64,000 nt of DNA from an uncultured delta proteobacterium (GTDB lineage: Bacteria; Desulfobacterota; WTBG01; CAIYCZ01): assembly GCA_963803975.1 (NCBI GenBank), contig CAWDOY010000014.1, positions 1-64,000 on the forward strand, written 5' to 3'. Below the pieces are notes generated by a model. The model saw nothing but the letters and a program-made list of their open reading frames with translations, did no database searches and was not told the origin of the DNA. Positions within the stretch are counted from its first letter, which is position 1. The number at the start of each line of letters is the position of its first letter. Positions 20,324 to 29,661 of the stretch are shown here, in pieces. The translations under genes and the position numbers were made by a program.

Positions 20324-21393
20324 TTCTTCCTCTTCTGCGACTGGTAGTAATGCCGGGAAATGATCCGGGACAGCTCAACCGGCGTTGGCACCACCCCGCC
20401 GGGCCGTCCGTAGAAATGAACGCGGGCTTTTCCTTCAAGTGCCAGTTTCACATCTTCGACCATCTGTCCGGTGCTCATCTCGAACACAAAAAAATCATGC
20501 AAATGCTTTGCCGTATCCTGAATTATCTTGTTGGGAAACGGCCAGAGCGTAAGGGGTCGAATTAAACCAATTTTTAAACCCTCTTCCCGCAGGCGCTTTA
20601 TTGCGCCCCGGGCGATGCGGGCAGCCGTGCCGTAGGCCAAAACCGCCATGGCAGCATCTTCAAGCATAAACGTTTCATAGCGCACTTCCTGCTGCTCGAT
20701 GCGCTGATATTTTCTATAGAGCTTCCAGTTGTGATCCTCTGCTTCCTTGGGATCGAGAATCAGGGATTTTACCAGCCGTGCCGGACGGCCTTTAGCGCCG
20801 GTAAGAACATAGTCGGCGTGGGCAAGGTGCCGCTCCTTTTTTTTAGCGGGGAAGGTAACCGGCTCCATCATCTGCCCGAGCATCCCGTCCCCCAGGATCA
20901 TGACCGGAGTCCGGTAGGTATCTGCCAGATCAAAGGCCAGCGCGGTTGTGTCGGCAAGCTCCTGAACCGATGCGGGCGCCAATACTATAATTTTATAATC
21001 GCCGTGGCCGCCGCCGCGGGTTGCCTGAAAATAGTCAGACTGGGCGGGAGAAATGTTTCCCAGTCCCGGGCCGCCCCGCATCATGTTGACAATAACTGCC
21101 GGCAGCTCCTGGGCGGCAAGAAACGAGATGCCCTCCTGCTTGAGGCTGATGCCGGGGCTGCTTGAGGAGGTCATGGCACGGGCACCGGCAACGCTTGCTC
21201 CCAGCACCATGTTGATTGCAGCCAGCTCGCTTTCAGCCTGAATAAAAACGCCGTCCGGCACTGCTGCGAGCCGCTTTGCCATGTATTCGGGCAGCTCGTT
21301 CTGGGGCGTTATGGGATAGCCAAAGTAGCAGGTGCAGCCGGCAAGCACGGCCGCTTCACCTATGGCGTTATTTCCGCTCATCAGCCTTTTCAT
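20320..21393 (-). CDS. 2-oxoacid:ferredoxin oxidoreductase alpha subunit (VorB-like)
   Basis: GYPITPQNE, QAESELAA, TSSSSPGISLKQE, RGGPGLG. Confidence 0.93.
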   Translation of the reverse strand: MKRLMSGNNAIGEAAVLAGCTCYFGYPITPQNELPEYMAKRLAAVPDGVFIQAESELAAINMVLGASVAGARAMTSSSSPGISLKQEGISFLAAQELPAVIVNMMRGGPGLGNISPAQSDYFQATRGGGHGDYKIIVLAPASVQELADTTALAFDLADTYRTPVMILGDGMLGQMMEPVTFPAKKKERHLAHADYVLTGAKGRPARLVKSLILDPKEAEDHNWKLYRKYQRIEQQEVRYETFMLEDAAMAVLAYGTAARIARGAIKRLREEGLKIGLIRPLTLWPFPNKIIQDTAKHLHDFFVFEMSTGQMVEDVKLALEGKARVHFYGRPGGVVPTPVELSRIISRHYYQSQKRKK

Positions 21394-21598
21394 CGCGATA
21401 GACCTCGATTGCCGCTTCCGGACACATGACCGCGCAGGTCGCGCACCCGGTGCATTCTTTCTTATCTACAAAATCAGCAGGGTAGTAGCCCTTGATATTT
21501 AACTTTTTGGCTATGACGATGGAGCACCTGGGGCAGAATTCGATGCACAGGCTGCAGCCTTTACAGAGCTCCTGGTCGATATGAATGTGACCCTTCAT
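21368..21598 (-). CDS. 2x[4Fe-4S] delta subunit of the 2-oxoacid oxidoreductase
   Basis: CKGCSLCIEFCP and CTGCATCAVMCP. Confidence 0.92.
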   Translation of the reverse strand: MKGHIHIDQELCKGCSLCIEFCPRCSIVIAKKLNIKGYYPADFVDKKECTGCATCAVMCPEAAIEVYRDEKADERK

Positions 21599-21627
21599 GA
21601 ACAATCCTGAAATTATTTAAAGGTTAT

Positions 21628-21657
21628 AATCTAACGTACTGCTGAACAATTTGTCAA
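21628..21657 (-). promoter_or_regulatory. Putative sigma70 promoter of the oxidoreductase operon
   Basis: Minus strand TTGACA-N18-TAGATT. Confidence 0.45.
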
Positions 21658-21704
21658 TTTTTTTCCCGCTAATCAAAACCGCTGAACGCGAGAGTCATAC
21701 TTTT

Positions 21705-21768
21705 AAATCGGGAACTCAAGAAATCAGGATTTTTTTGTTTCACCCTTATTCATCCCTGCGTTCCAAAG
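21705..21768. repeat. Dispersed hairpin repeat (GGAACTCAAGAAATCAGGA), copy 2
   Basis: Matches 12584-12640; right arm degenerate. Confidence 0.55.
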
Positions 21769-21799
21769 AGAGCTTTTTGGTGCCTTTGGGGCTGATTCT

Positions 21800-21837
21800 A
21801 AAAAACATAAGGGAGACAATGTAAAACATTATCCCCC
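21800..21837 (-). terminator. Intrinsic terminator downstream of the YqeY gene
   Basis: Minus strand gggggataatg-tttta-cattgtctccc followed by ttatgtttttt. Confidence 0.65.
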
Positions 21838-21916
21838 TGTTGCGCTTACTAACTATCAGTGCGCGCTCCCGCCCCGAGAGAAAACAGGACTCCCCGGCAA
21901 TGACTATTGCAGTATA

Positions 21917-22366
21917 TTATCCCCCAAGCTTTTGCAGCTCTTCTTTGACAATGCTGCTGATGGCGCTTCCCTGTGCTTTGCCGGCAAGTTTTTTAGACAG
22001 CACCCCCATTACCTTACCCAGCTCTTTAACGCTTCTGACACCAAGCTCAGCAATAGTGGCGAGAACCTCCTGCCGGATTTCATCCTCATGCATCTGCTGC
22101 GGCAGGTATGATTCAATAATGGGTATCTCTTTTTCTTCCTTGTCTGCGAGATCCTGCCTGCCGCCCTTGATAAAAAGCTCTATTGCCTCTTTGCGCTTCT
22201 TGATCATGGTGTAGAGAATCTGAATGATTGCCTCTTGTTCTGCAGGCAGGCCTTTTTCTTTTTCCTTGCGTTCAATTTCTGACAGTATCAGCCGCAGGGT
22301 TGAGACGCGCAGGACCTCCCGCGCCTTCATGGCGGCTGTTAAATCCTGTCTTATCCTGTTCTTCAC
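21917..22366 (-). CDS. GatB/YqeY domain protein
   Basis: AMKARE..RVSTLRLI, KKRKEAIELF..GGRQDLA..E, YLPQQM, GKVMG. Confidence 0.92.
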   Translation of the reverse strand: MKNRIRQDLTAAMKAREVLRVSTLRLILSEIERKEKEKGLPAEQEAIIQILYTMIKKRKEAIELFIKGGRQDLADKEEKEIPIIESYLPQQMHEDEIRQEVLATIAELGVRSVKELGKVMGVLSKKLAGKAQGSAISSIVKEELQKLGG

Positions 22367-22722
22367 GATGCCTTTTCCTCTTGAGCGTCTTTCGCCTTTG
22401 CTGCTTTCACGCCTGCCATAAGCCGCGTCTGGCGTTTCAGTCTCTTAATCTTCCTGCGCAGCTGGGTAAGCTTTTTTCTATCCTGCGCCTGTTCCTCCCG
22501 AAGCTTCTGCTTTTCCGTCTTCAGATCCCGCACGTGTTTCTTAATCTCGTGAATCTGGGCGGGTTTCTTTTTGGCAACCTTTATTGGCTCGCCCCGGGCT
22601 TTCAGTATTGCCACGATGAGCTCTTCTTTTTTCAGGGCATGGGCGCCCTCAATTTCAGGATACTCGTGGGCAAGTTCCCGCAGCTTGGTAGCGGTCAATT
22701 TTTCAAGTTCTTCTCTGCTCAT
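22363..22722 (-). CDS. Rho N-terminal-domain protein
   Basis: LEKLTATKLRELA....G...LKKEELIVAI followed by a basic coiled coil. Confidence 0.75.
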   Translation of the reverse strand: MSREELEKLTATKLRELAHEYPEIEGAHALKKEELIVAILKARGEPIKVAKKKPAQIHEIKKHVRDLKTEKQKLREEQAQDRKKLTQLRRKIKRLKRQTRLMAGVKAAKAKDAQEEKAS

Positions 22723-22936
22723 TCAGCACCTCCAATTCATTTGGGGGAAAGTATATGTATATAATAATATAAATTAAACCACAGGGGCACGGAGATCAGT
22801 GCTCTGTGGTTGACTAATAATTAACGTTTTTCAGCGAAAAGTCAAGATGTAAAGAAGGGGTAAGCGGTGGCGGGGCGGAAGAAGCACTTGAAGTTTGAGT
22901 ACAAGACCGGGGGCGGGTGGTATTACTTTGAGAATT

Positions 22937-22990
22937 GGATAACGCGAAGATCTCGCACCAACGAATGTCGCGTGAAGAGCCTAGTTGTGC
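22937..22990 (-). other. attC-like integron recombination site
   Basis: Minus strand GCACAAC-taggc-tcttcac(g)cgac-attc-gttggtgcgaga-tcttcgc-GTTATCC, an imperfect hairpin with a bulged G, 23 nt after the toxin stop. Confidence 0.45.
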
Positions 22991-23013
22991 GAAATTGTCA
23001 GCACATAAAAATC

Positions 23014-23310
23014 TTACGATTCAATTTCATCGATTCGTAATAACCGGTGTCCCTCAAAAACGGTTAGTATTTCAATGTAATTTTTATTAAGCCGGTAGAC
23101 AATTCGATATTTTTTAAATAGCAACTCTCTTGTGACGGGATTAGCGATTTCAGGTACGGTCCTGCCCAAACGTGGTTTATCAGATAATGATTCCGCATGT
23201 TCAATAAGTTGATCAACAAATCTTGCCGCTCGTTCCGGGCTGTCTTTCGAAATATAATCCTCAATTGCGGTTAATTGCTCAAGGGCTTCATGTGTCCATC
23301 TGATTTTCAT
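23014..23310 (-). CDS. RelE/ParE-family toxin
   Basis: MKIRWTHEALEQL..I.DYI..DSP, P.LGR.VPE, YRIVYR, ILTVFEG. Confidence 0.9.
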   Translation of the reverse strand: MKIRWTHEALEQLTAIEDYISKDSPERAARFVDQLIEHAESLSDKPRLGRTVPEIANPVTRELLFKKYRIVYRLNKNYIEILTVFEGHRLLRIDEIES

Positions 23311-23316
23311 CCGGAA

Positions 23317-23601
23317 TTATTCCCTGCTTCTTCTCGCGGTTAATGCCGCCCGGATCTCTGCCGTACGATAGGTTCTTCCGTTTTCAGCATCAGATATTCC
23401 TCTGCCCACGGAATCAAGAAAAGATTTTCTATATACCAGTTCGTCGTAGTCTTCTGGTGACAAGAGAACTCCGGCCGGTTTACCATTCTGCGTAATAATC
23501 AGGGGATGTCCGGTACCCTTGAGGCTCTTGAACCACCTGGAGATGCCGGTCTTGAATTCGGCAATAGGGACAATATCATTTGTGATGGAAATGGTTTTCA
23601 C
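23317..23601 (-). CDS. Phd/YefM-family antitoxin
   Basis: PIAEFKT, PLIITQNGKPAGVLLS; upstream of the toxin. Confidence 0.9.
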   Translation of the reverse strand: MKTISITNDIVPIAEFKTGISRWFKSLKGTGHPLIITQNGKPAGVLLSPEDYDELVYRKSFLDSVGRGISDAENGRTYRTAEIRAALTARRSRE

Positions 23602-23617
23602 AGGACAGCTCCTTATT

Positions 23618-23650
23618 TTGACTTATTTAATAGTCTAAATTTAGGCCAAT
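23618..23650. promoter_or_regulatory. Palindromic TA operator candidates
   Basis: Overlapping inverted repeats gacttatttaatagtc and gtctaaatttaggc upstream of the antitoxin. Confidence 0.5.
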
Positions 23651-23838
23651 ATAAATGATAAAGCAAGTTTAATTTTCGCCTAACAGTTACCGGGGAGTTT
23701 TGGGTCAAGTCTTTATCGCGACATAATAAATTGTTGTTCAGCTGTAATGTCAAGATAAAGATTCCCTCTCTCCTCTCTTTTAGAGGAATTCAAGACACTG
23801 GTTAAAGAGGTTATGGGAGAATAAAGTCTGTATAACGT

Positions 23839-24684
23839 TTACTGGGACAGTTTTTTCTTCTTCAACCCTTCAAGGACGCTATAGGGAATATTCAGATTTC
23901 CTCTGCCGCTTCCCAGATCTATTCCTTTAATCATGTTACCGTGAAAATCGCTGCCTCCGGTTGTAACCAGCTGGTACCTGCGCGCCAGTTCCTCATAGAG
24001 CCTGGTCTGAAGCTGATCGTGCTCTGAATAGTAGACCTCGATGCCCTGCAGCCCGAAGTCCCTCCATGCCTTAACTTCAGTCTCAAGCTGCAGGTTATTA
24101 CAGTTTAACGTGACCGGGTGGCTCAGCACCGGTATCCCGCCCGCTTCTGCAATCATCCGGATAGCATCTTTCACCGGGAACCTGAATTTCTCTTCGTAGG
24201 CCGCAGCGCCTTTTTTCAGGTAGCGGTCAAATGCCTGCTGGGGGTCCTTAACATAGCCCTTCTTCACCAGCACCTGCGCAAAATGGGGGCGGCCAACAAG
24301 ACCGCTGCCGGCTTCCTGTTCTATTTCTTCAAACGTGATATCAAGTCCCAGCGCCTGGAGCTTTGCCACAATCTTCGGGTTTCTGTCGGCACGGGCATCC
24401 TGCAGCACGGAAAGCTGTTTAAGAAAGGCAGCTCCGGTAAAGTCCATATAATAGCCCAGGATGTGCAGGGTGCCCCGGGGATACTGGGCACTGATTTCAA
24501 CGCCGGGAACCACCTCAAACCCTGTTTTAGCGGCTTCCGCGAGAGCTTCTGCAAGCCCCTCTACGGTGTCGTGGTCGGTAATTGCCAGCGCCTCAAGACC
24601 CTTGGTCCGGGCGTAGCCGATCAACGCAGCCGGAGACAGCGTGCCATCCGAAGCGGTGCTGTGAGTGTGAAGATCAATTGCCAT
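23839..24684 (-). CDS. PHP-domain phosphoesterase (TrpH/YciV-like)
   Basis: DLHTHSTASDG, AITDHDT, GRPHFA, TGGSDFHG. Confidence 0.93.
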   Translation of the reverse strand: MAIDLHTHSTASDGTLSPAALIGYARTKGLEALAITDHDTVEGLAEALAEAAKTGFEVVPGVEISAQYPRGTLHILGYYMDFTGAAFLKQLSVLQDARADRNPKIVAKLQALGLDITFEEIEQEAGSGLVGRPHFAQVLVKKGYVKDPQQAFDRYLKKGAAAYEEKFRFPVKDAIRMIAEAGGIPVLSHPVTLNCNNLQLETEVKAWRDFGLQGIEVYYSEHDQLQTRLYEELARRYQLVTTGGSDFHGNMIKGIDLGSGRGNLNIPYSVLEGLKKKKLSQ

Positions 24685-24768
24685 GGTATAACCTCTCTTT
24701 GAAAAGCTTTCAGCCGTCAGCGTACAGCACCAACAATTCGCACTGATCGCTGAAGGCTGTTTGCTCTG

Positions 24769-26253
24769 TTACAGATATCCCAGCGCTTCCAGGCGCTTTT
24801 TAATTATTTCCTGTTCCCGCTGTGAATAAACCTGCTCACCGTTGTTTTGCCCGTTTTCAGAACAGGTCAGCTGTTTACCTTCCATATCCAGCGGCACGGC
24901 AACCCCGAGAAGGCTGAGCAGCGTGGGCGCCACGTCGGTCAGTGACAGATCCGTGCGCAAATGCGTGGAAGCGTGTATGGTGGTTGCGGGATCATACAAA
25001 ATAAAGATGCCCTGCTCAGCATGGTTGGCATCATCAGGGCCGGTGTCATTTTCAAAGGTGTGAATACGATTCAGCCCGATGCTGCCCACCGAGCGCCAGG
25101 CGAGATTGCCCGGGTACACGATGAGATCAGGCGGGATGCCGTTGGTCTGCCGGTACACCTCTTCCGGTTTAAACACCCTGGTGCCGATGTTTCTTCCCGC
25201 CTCATCGGTGAGCGCTTCCAGCTTTTCTTTCAGCTCGTCCCGGACGGTTTCATAATCATGCGCGGGAATAATCCCCTGCGGTTCGCGGCCCTGCACGTTG
25301 AGAAATATCCGGGAGTAGTAACCGCCTTCTCCCCACGCTTTGGTGCGGGCCCAGTCTATTCTTGCCCGGTATAGCGGAACGATCCCGGGCGGCTTCTCGG
25401 CAATGCAAAGATAGCCGTGCCTGATCAGCCATTCATTAATGCAAATCCCGCCCTGCATGGCCTGGGCGCCATGATCTGAAACCACGAGCACGGCGGTAGT
25501 CGTATCAAGGCGGGCAATAATATCAGCTATTTTCTGATCAACAAACTTATAATAGGCCAGCACCGCCTGCTCGTAGTGACTGCCCGGCTGGTAGTTCGGG
25601 TGGGCGGCATCGAGGTATTTCCAGAAACCGTGATGGATGCGATCCATGCCCATGTCCACCATCATGGCAAAATCCCAGGGCCTGGTGGTAAGAAAATGGC
25701 TGAAAAGTGCAAATCTCTGCTCCGTCATGGCATAAATCTGCGAGAGCAGCTGCTCTTTATCGTCAGTGCGGAAGTGGTCCACGTCAAGGATATAATCACC
25801 CACCACCTCTTTAATTTCATCCTTGAGCTCTGCGGGATAGGTGTACTCGCAGGAGGTATCAGGAGTTAAAAAGCAGCTCACCATAAGGCCTGAAACAGTT
25901 TTGGGGGGATAGGTCTGGGGAATGCCGAGGAGAATTACCTGTTTCTGCTCCCGCCCGAGAATATCCCAGACCGTGGCTGCGGTCACCATCTTTGACGTGG
26001 CAAAGCTCAGGCCCTGGTAGGAATAGTCTGAGCGATTTCTAAAGCCGTAGCACCCAAGCTGCCCGGGGTCTTTGCCGGTCATCATCGAAAGCCATGCCGG
26101 AATGGTAATCGGCGGGATGCAGCTTTTGAGCGGGCCGTAGACCCCGTTTTGCATGAGCCAGGAAAGTGCCGGCAACTCGTGTGCCCACCGGTCAAACACC
26201 AGCTGCGGGGTCGCACAATCAAGGCCCAGAACGATCACTTTTCTCTCAGACAT
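24769..26253 (-). CDS. Alkaline-phosphatase-superfamily (nucleotide pyrophosphatase/phosphodiesterase-type) protein
   Basis: VLGLDCA, PPITIPAW (Thr nucleophile), DRIHH, VVSDHG, C-terminal RLEALGYL. Confidence 0.88.
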   Translation of the reverse strand: MSERKVIVLGLDCATPQLVFDRWAHELPALSWLMQNGVYGPLKSCIPPITIPAWLSMMTGKDPGQLGCYGFRNRSDYSYQGLSFATSKMVTAATVWDILGREQKQVILLGIPQTYPPKTVSGLMVSCFLTPDTSCEYTYPAELKDEIKEVVGDYILDVDHFRTDDKEQLLSQIYAMTEQRFALFSHFLTTRPWDFAMMVDMGMDRIHHGFWKYLDAAHPNYQPGSHYEQAVLAYYKFVDQKIADIIARLDTTTAVLVVSDHGAQAMQGGICINEWLIRHGYLCIAEKPPGIVPLYRARIDWARTKAWGEGGYYSRIFLNVQGREPQGIIPAHDYETVRDELKEKLEALTDEAGRNIGTRVFKPEEVYRQTNGIPPDLIVYPGNLAWRSVGSIGLNRIHTFENDTGPDDANHAEQGIFILYDPATTIHASTHLRTDLSLTDVAPTLLSLLGVAVPLDMEGKQLTCSENGQNNGEQVYSQREQEIIKKRLEALGYL

Positions 26254-26271
26254 TGCCGTTCACCGGTGCGG

Positions 26272-27429
26272 TTACTGTGCGTCTTTCATATCGGCAATCA
26301 GAATCTGCGCCACTTCCGGCCGGGTAAATTCCATGGGCGGCACTTCGCCTTTGATGAGCATCTCGCGCACCTTGGTGCCGCTTAAAAAAACGTGGTGCTG
26401 TGCATCGTGGGGGCAGGTTTTGCTCGAAGCCATTCCCTCACAGGTCCGGCAGTAAAAGGTGTGGTCAAAAAAGAGCGGCGTGATGCCGATCTCATCCGGG
26501 TTGAACTCATCAAAGATATAGTGGGCATCGTAGGTTCCGTAGTAGTTGCCCACCCCGGCATGGTCGCGGCCCACGATAAAGTGCGTGCAGCCGTAGTTTT
26601 TTCTGGCTATGGCGTGGAAAATGGCCTCGCGCGGTCCTGCATAGCGCATGGCAGCAGGGAAGATGGAAAGCATGCTGCGGGTTTTCGGGTAGTATTTTTC
26701 CAGCAGCACCTCATAGCATGCCATCCGCACCTGCCCCGGTATATCATCTTTTTTTGTCTCCCCGAGCAGCGGATGGATGAGCAGTGCATCCACCATTTCC
26801 AGCGCGCATTTCTGTATATACTCATGGGCGCGGTGGATAGGATTGCGGGTCTGGAAGGCAACTATCCTCTTCCAGCCCTTCTGCGTGAAAATCTCCCGTG
26901 TCTCCTGCGGATCGCGGCGATAGGCATGGAACTCCTCGTGTGCCGGCCGCTGCAGGAGGCTTATTTTCCCACCTAAATAGATATCGCCGGTTGTTTTTAA
27001 ATACTGCACCCCGGGGTGATTGTCATCAATGGTGCGCAGCACCTGCTGCGCCTCATGTTCTTTATCAAAGCTGAATTTCTCCTCCAGGTGCAGGACCGCA
27101 AGCACCTCATCCGAATCATTTACCAGGGCAACGTCGCTGCCCTCTTTCAACCCTTCCGCGTCCTTGCGCTCCGCACTTAACGTGATGGGAATCGTCCAGG
27201 GCAGCCCGCTTCCCAGCCGCATCCGGTCAACAACCGGGCGATAGTCAGCGCTGGTCATAAAACCCTCCAGGGGGCTCAATGCTCCGGTCGCAATCATCTC
27301 CAGGTCTGACAGCTCGCGGGTGTTTAAGCGCTTCCGCTCCAGGCTGCCCGCCCTTTTTTCCAGTTTTTCTTTTTGTTCGCCTTTAAGCTGGCGATTAATC
27401 AAGGTACCGCCATGGGGTTCTATAGGCAT
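26272..27429 (-). CDS. sat: Sulfate adenylyltransferase
   Basis: PHGGTL, SPLEGFM, AFQTRNPIHRAHEY, MRYAGPREA, HFIVGRDHAGVG, LSGTKVR. Confidence 0.97.
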   Translation of the reverse strand: MPIEPHGGTLINRQLKGEQKEKLEKRAGSLERKRLNTRELSDLEMIATGALSPLEGFMTSADYRPVVDRMRLGSGLPWTIPITLSAERKDAEGLKEGSDVALVNDSDEVLAVLHLEEKFSFDKEHEAQQVLRTIDDNHPGVQYLKTTGDIYLGGKISLLQRPAHEEFHAYRRDPQETREIFTQKGWKRIVAFQTRNPIHRAHEYIQKCALEMVDALLIHPLLGETKKDDIPGQVRMACYEVLLEKYYPKTRSMLSIFPAAMRYAGPREAIFHAIARKNYGCTHFIVGRDHAGVGNYYGTYDAHYIFDEFNPDEIGITPLFFDHTFYCRTCEGMASSKTCPHDAQHHVFLSGTKVREMLIKGEVPPMEFTRPEVAQILIADMKDAQ

Positions 27430-27832
27430 GCAGTTTCCTCCTTATGAATAGTATTATATTTTTTTGTACCCGAATGGGAGTTTAGAATTGCGGGTATGCA
27501 TCGGAAAAGTCTGGCTGATGCAGCCGGAACATGCGGGGTTTTAAAGAGTGCTTATTCCTTCTGCCAGGAGCACAGTATAGCGCAATCCACAGGATTTGCA
27601 AGGATGCATTGCATGAATATCTTTTTCTTTGCGCAGAGACCGGCAGGTCTTCAGGGGGGCAATTAGCTTGACTCCCTATTGTCCGGTATGATATAAAAAA
27701 CATTAAATATTTGATGGTTAGATTCTGTCATTACAGCAGTTTTTGCTTTTTTAGTAAAACATCCTGGTGCTTCCGTCGGCAAATTTTAAATTGTCCTGCG
27801 CCAGGGTTAGCAAAGAAAGAAATGAGCTCATA

Positions 27833-29533
27833 ATGTTTGCCGCAACAGACCCGTTATCAGATATTCTGCTTTCATCGGATAAAATAACTCCTGATATCTT
27901 GAAGACGGTAATCGGTGAGGATGGGGGAGATCCGCCCCAGCAGATATGCCAGCGCCTGGTTGACATGGGCTTTATTTCTGAAGAAGACCTGTTAAAGACC
28001 CTCGGCCACTATTTCAGCATTCCCTATATCTCTCTGAAAAATTATCAGGGTAAAACACTGTTTATTGAAAGCCTGTCAGAAAAATTTATGAAGCAGGCAC
28101 GCCTTGTTCCCCTGGAACTTAAAGACAACACCCTCTCCATCGCCATCTATAACCCCTTTAATGAGGCGACCCTTGATGCTGTCCGGATGTCTACCGGCCT
28201 CGCCCTGGAACTATCCCTGGCCAAGGAAAATGAGATACTTGACACCATTGACCGCCTGTTCAGCACCGAATCATCTTCCATGGACCGTATTATAGAAAAC
28301 ATCAAGGATGAAAAAGGGGAGCTCTCGATTGAAGATGACAATGTTGACCACCTGAAGGACCTTGCCTCAGAAGCGCCGGTAATCCGCCTGGTGAACCTGA
28401 TCATATCCCGCGCCATAGAGCTGCAGGCAAGCGACATCCACTTTGAGCCGTTTGATGGCTCCTTTAAAGTGCGCTACCGCATTGACGGCATTCTCCATGA
28501 TATGGAGTCCCCGCCCAAAAGCCTCCAGGCAGCGGTCATCTCCAGAATAAAAATTATGTCCAAACTGAATATTGCCGAGCGCAGACTTCCCCAGGACGGT
28601 CGCATCATGCTGCGCGTTATGGGCAAGGAGATTGACTTCCGCGTCTCCACGCTGCCGACCCTTTTTGGCGAGAGCGTGGTGATGAGAATTCTTGACCGGG
28701 AGAGCATCATCCTTGATCTGGAGCACCTCGGGTTCCCGCACGATAATCTTGCCTGCTTCGAGGACCTGATTACCCGGCCCTACGGCATAATCCTGGTAAC
28801 CGGGCCAACCGGCAGCGGCAAGACCACTACCCTGTACAGCGCTTTAAATAAAATCAACTCCCCGGATAAAAAGATCATCACGGTTGAAGACCCGGTAGAG
28901 TATCAGCTCCACGGAGTCAATCAGATTCACGTAAAACCCTCCATCGGCCTTACCTTTGCGCACTGCCTGAGATCAATCCTGCGCCAGGACCCTGATGTTA
29001 TCATGATCGGTGAAATACGCGATGCCGAGACCGCAGAGATTGCCGTCCACGCAGCACTTACCGGGCACCTGGTTTTCAGCACGCTGCACACCAACGATGC
29101 AGCAGGCGCCATAACGCGGCTGCTGGAGATGGGCATGGAGAACTACCTCCTGTCATCCAGTCTGCTGGCAGTTATGGCCCAGCGCCTGGTGCGGGTGGTG
29201 TGCCCGCACTGTCACGAAGAGTATGTCCCGGATCTCGGCATGCTCCAGGAAATGGAGCTGTCATCAGAAGCGCTGCGTGATCTGCGCATAGTCCGGGGCC
29301 GGGGGTGCGAGCGCTGCGCCAGTACCGGCTACAAGGGCCGCTCCGGCATTTATGAGCTGCTCCCGATCAATGATGAAATCAGGCAGCTCATTCTCTCCCG
29401 GGCAGACAGCAAGACCATCAAGGAAAAGGGCCGAAGCCACGGCATGCGGACGCTGCGGGAATCCGGGTGGTCTAAAGTCAAGAAGTGTGTTACGACCATT
29501 TCTGAAGTACTGAGAGTGACGCAGGTGGAATGA
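27833..29533 (+). CDS. gspE: Type II secretion ATPase GspE
   Basis: ASDIHFEP, ERRLPQDG, Walker A GPTGSGKTTT, LRQDPD, STLHTND, CPHC...CERC. Confidence 0.95.
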   Translation: MFAATDPLSDILLSSDKITPDILKTVIGEDGGDPPQQICQRLVDMGFISEEDLLKTLGHYFSIPYISLKNYQGKTLFIESLSEKFMKQARLVPLELKDNTLSIAIYNPFNEATLDAVRMSTGLALELSLAKENEILDTIDRLFSTESSSMDRIIENIKDEKGELSIEDDNVDHLKDLASEAPVIRLVNLIISRAIELQASDIHFEPFDGSFKVRYRIDGILHDMESPPKSLQAAVISRIKIMSKLNIAERRLPQDGRIMLRVMGKEIDFRVSTLPTLFGESVVMRILDRESIILDLEHLGFPHDNLACFEDLITRPYGIILVTGPTGSGKTTTLYSALNKINSPDKKIITVEDPVEYQLHGVNQIHVKPSIGLTFAHCLRSILRQDPDVIMIGEIRDAETAEIAVHAALTGHLVFSTLHTNDAAGAITRLLEMGMENYLLSSSLLAVMAQRLVRVVCPHCHEEYVPDLGMLQEMELSSEALRDLRIVRGRGCERCASTGYKGRSGIYELLPINDEIRQLILSRADSKTIKEKGRSHGMRTLRESGWSKVKKCVTTISEVLRVTQVE

Positions 29534-29661
29534 CCAATGCTGCCGCAGCAGCGGTGTTGGTCTGCAGAGGCTGGCGCTGCCGGCCGTGCAGATAACAATG
29601 GGCAGCCGGAACCGGTGCCGGCCGCAACCGTTTTCTAACCGCTGGTTACATCTACACTATC

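Noticed and set aside
21836..21888. Hammerhead ribozyme or tRNA
   Set aside because: CUGAUAG is not followed by the hammerhead core, and there is no cloverleaf or T-loop
26272..27429. Evidence of dissimilatory sulfate reduction
   Set aside because: sat alone is not diagnostic; no aprAB, qmo or dsr genes in the window
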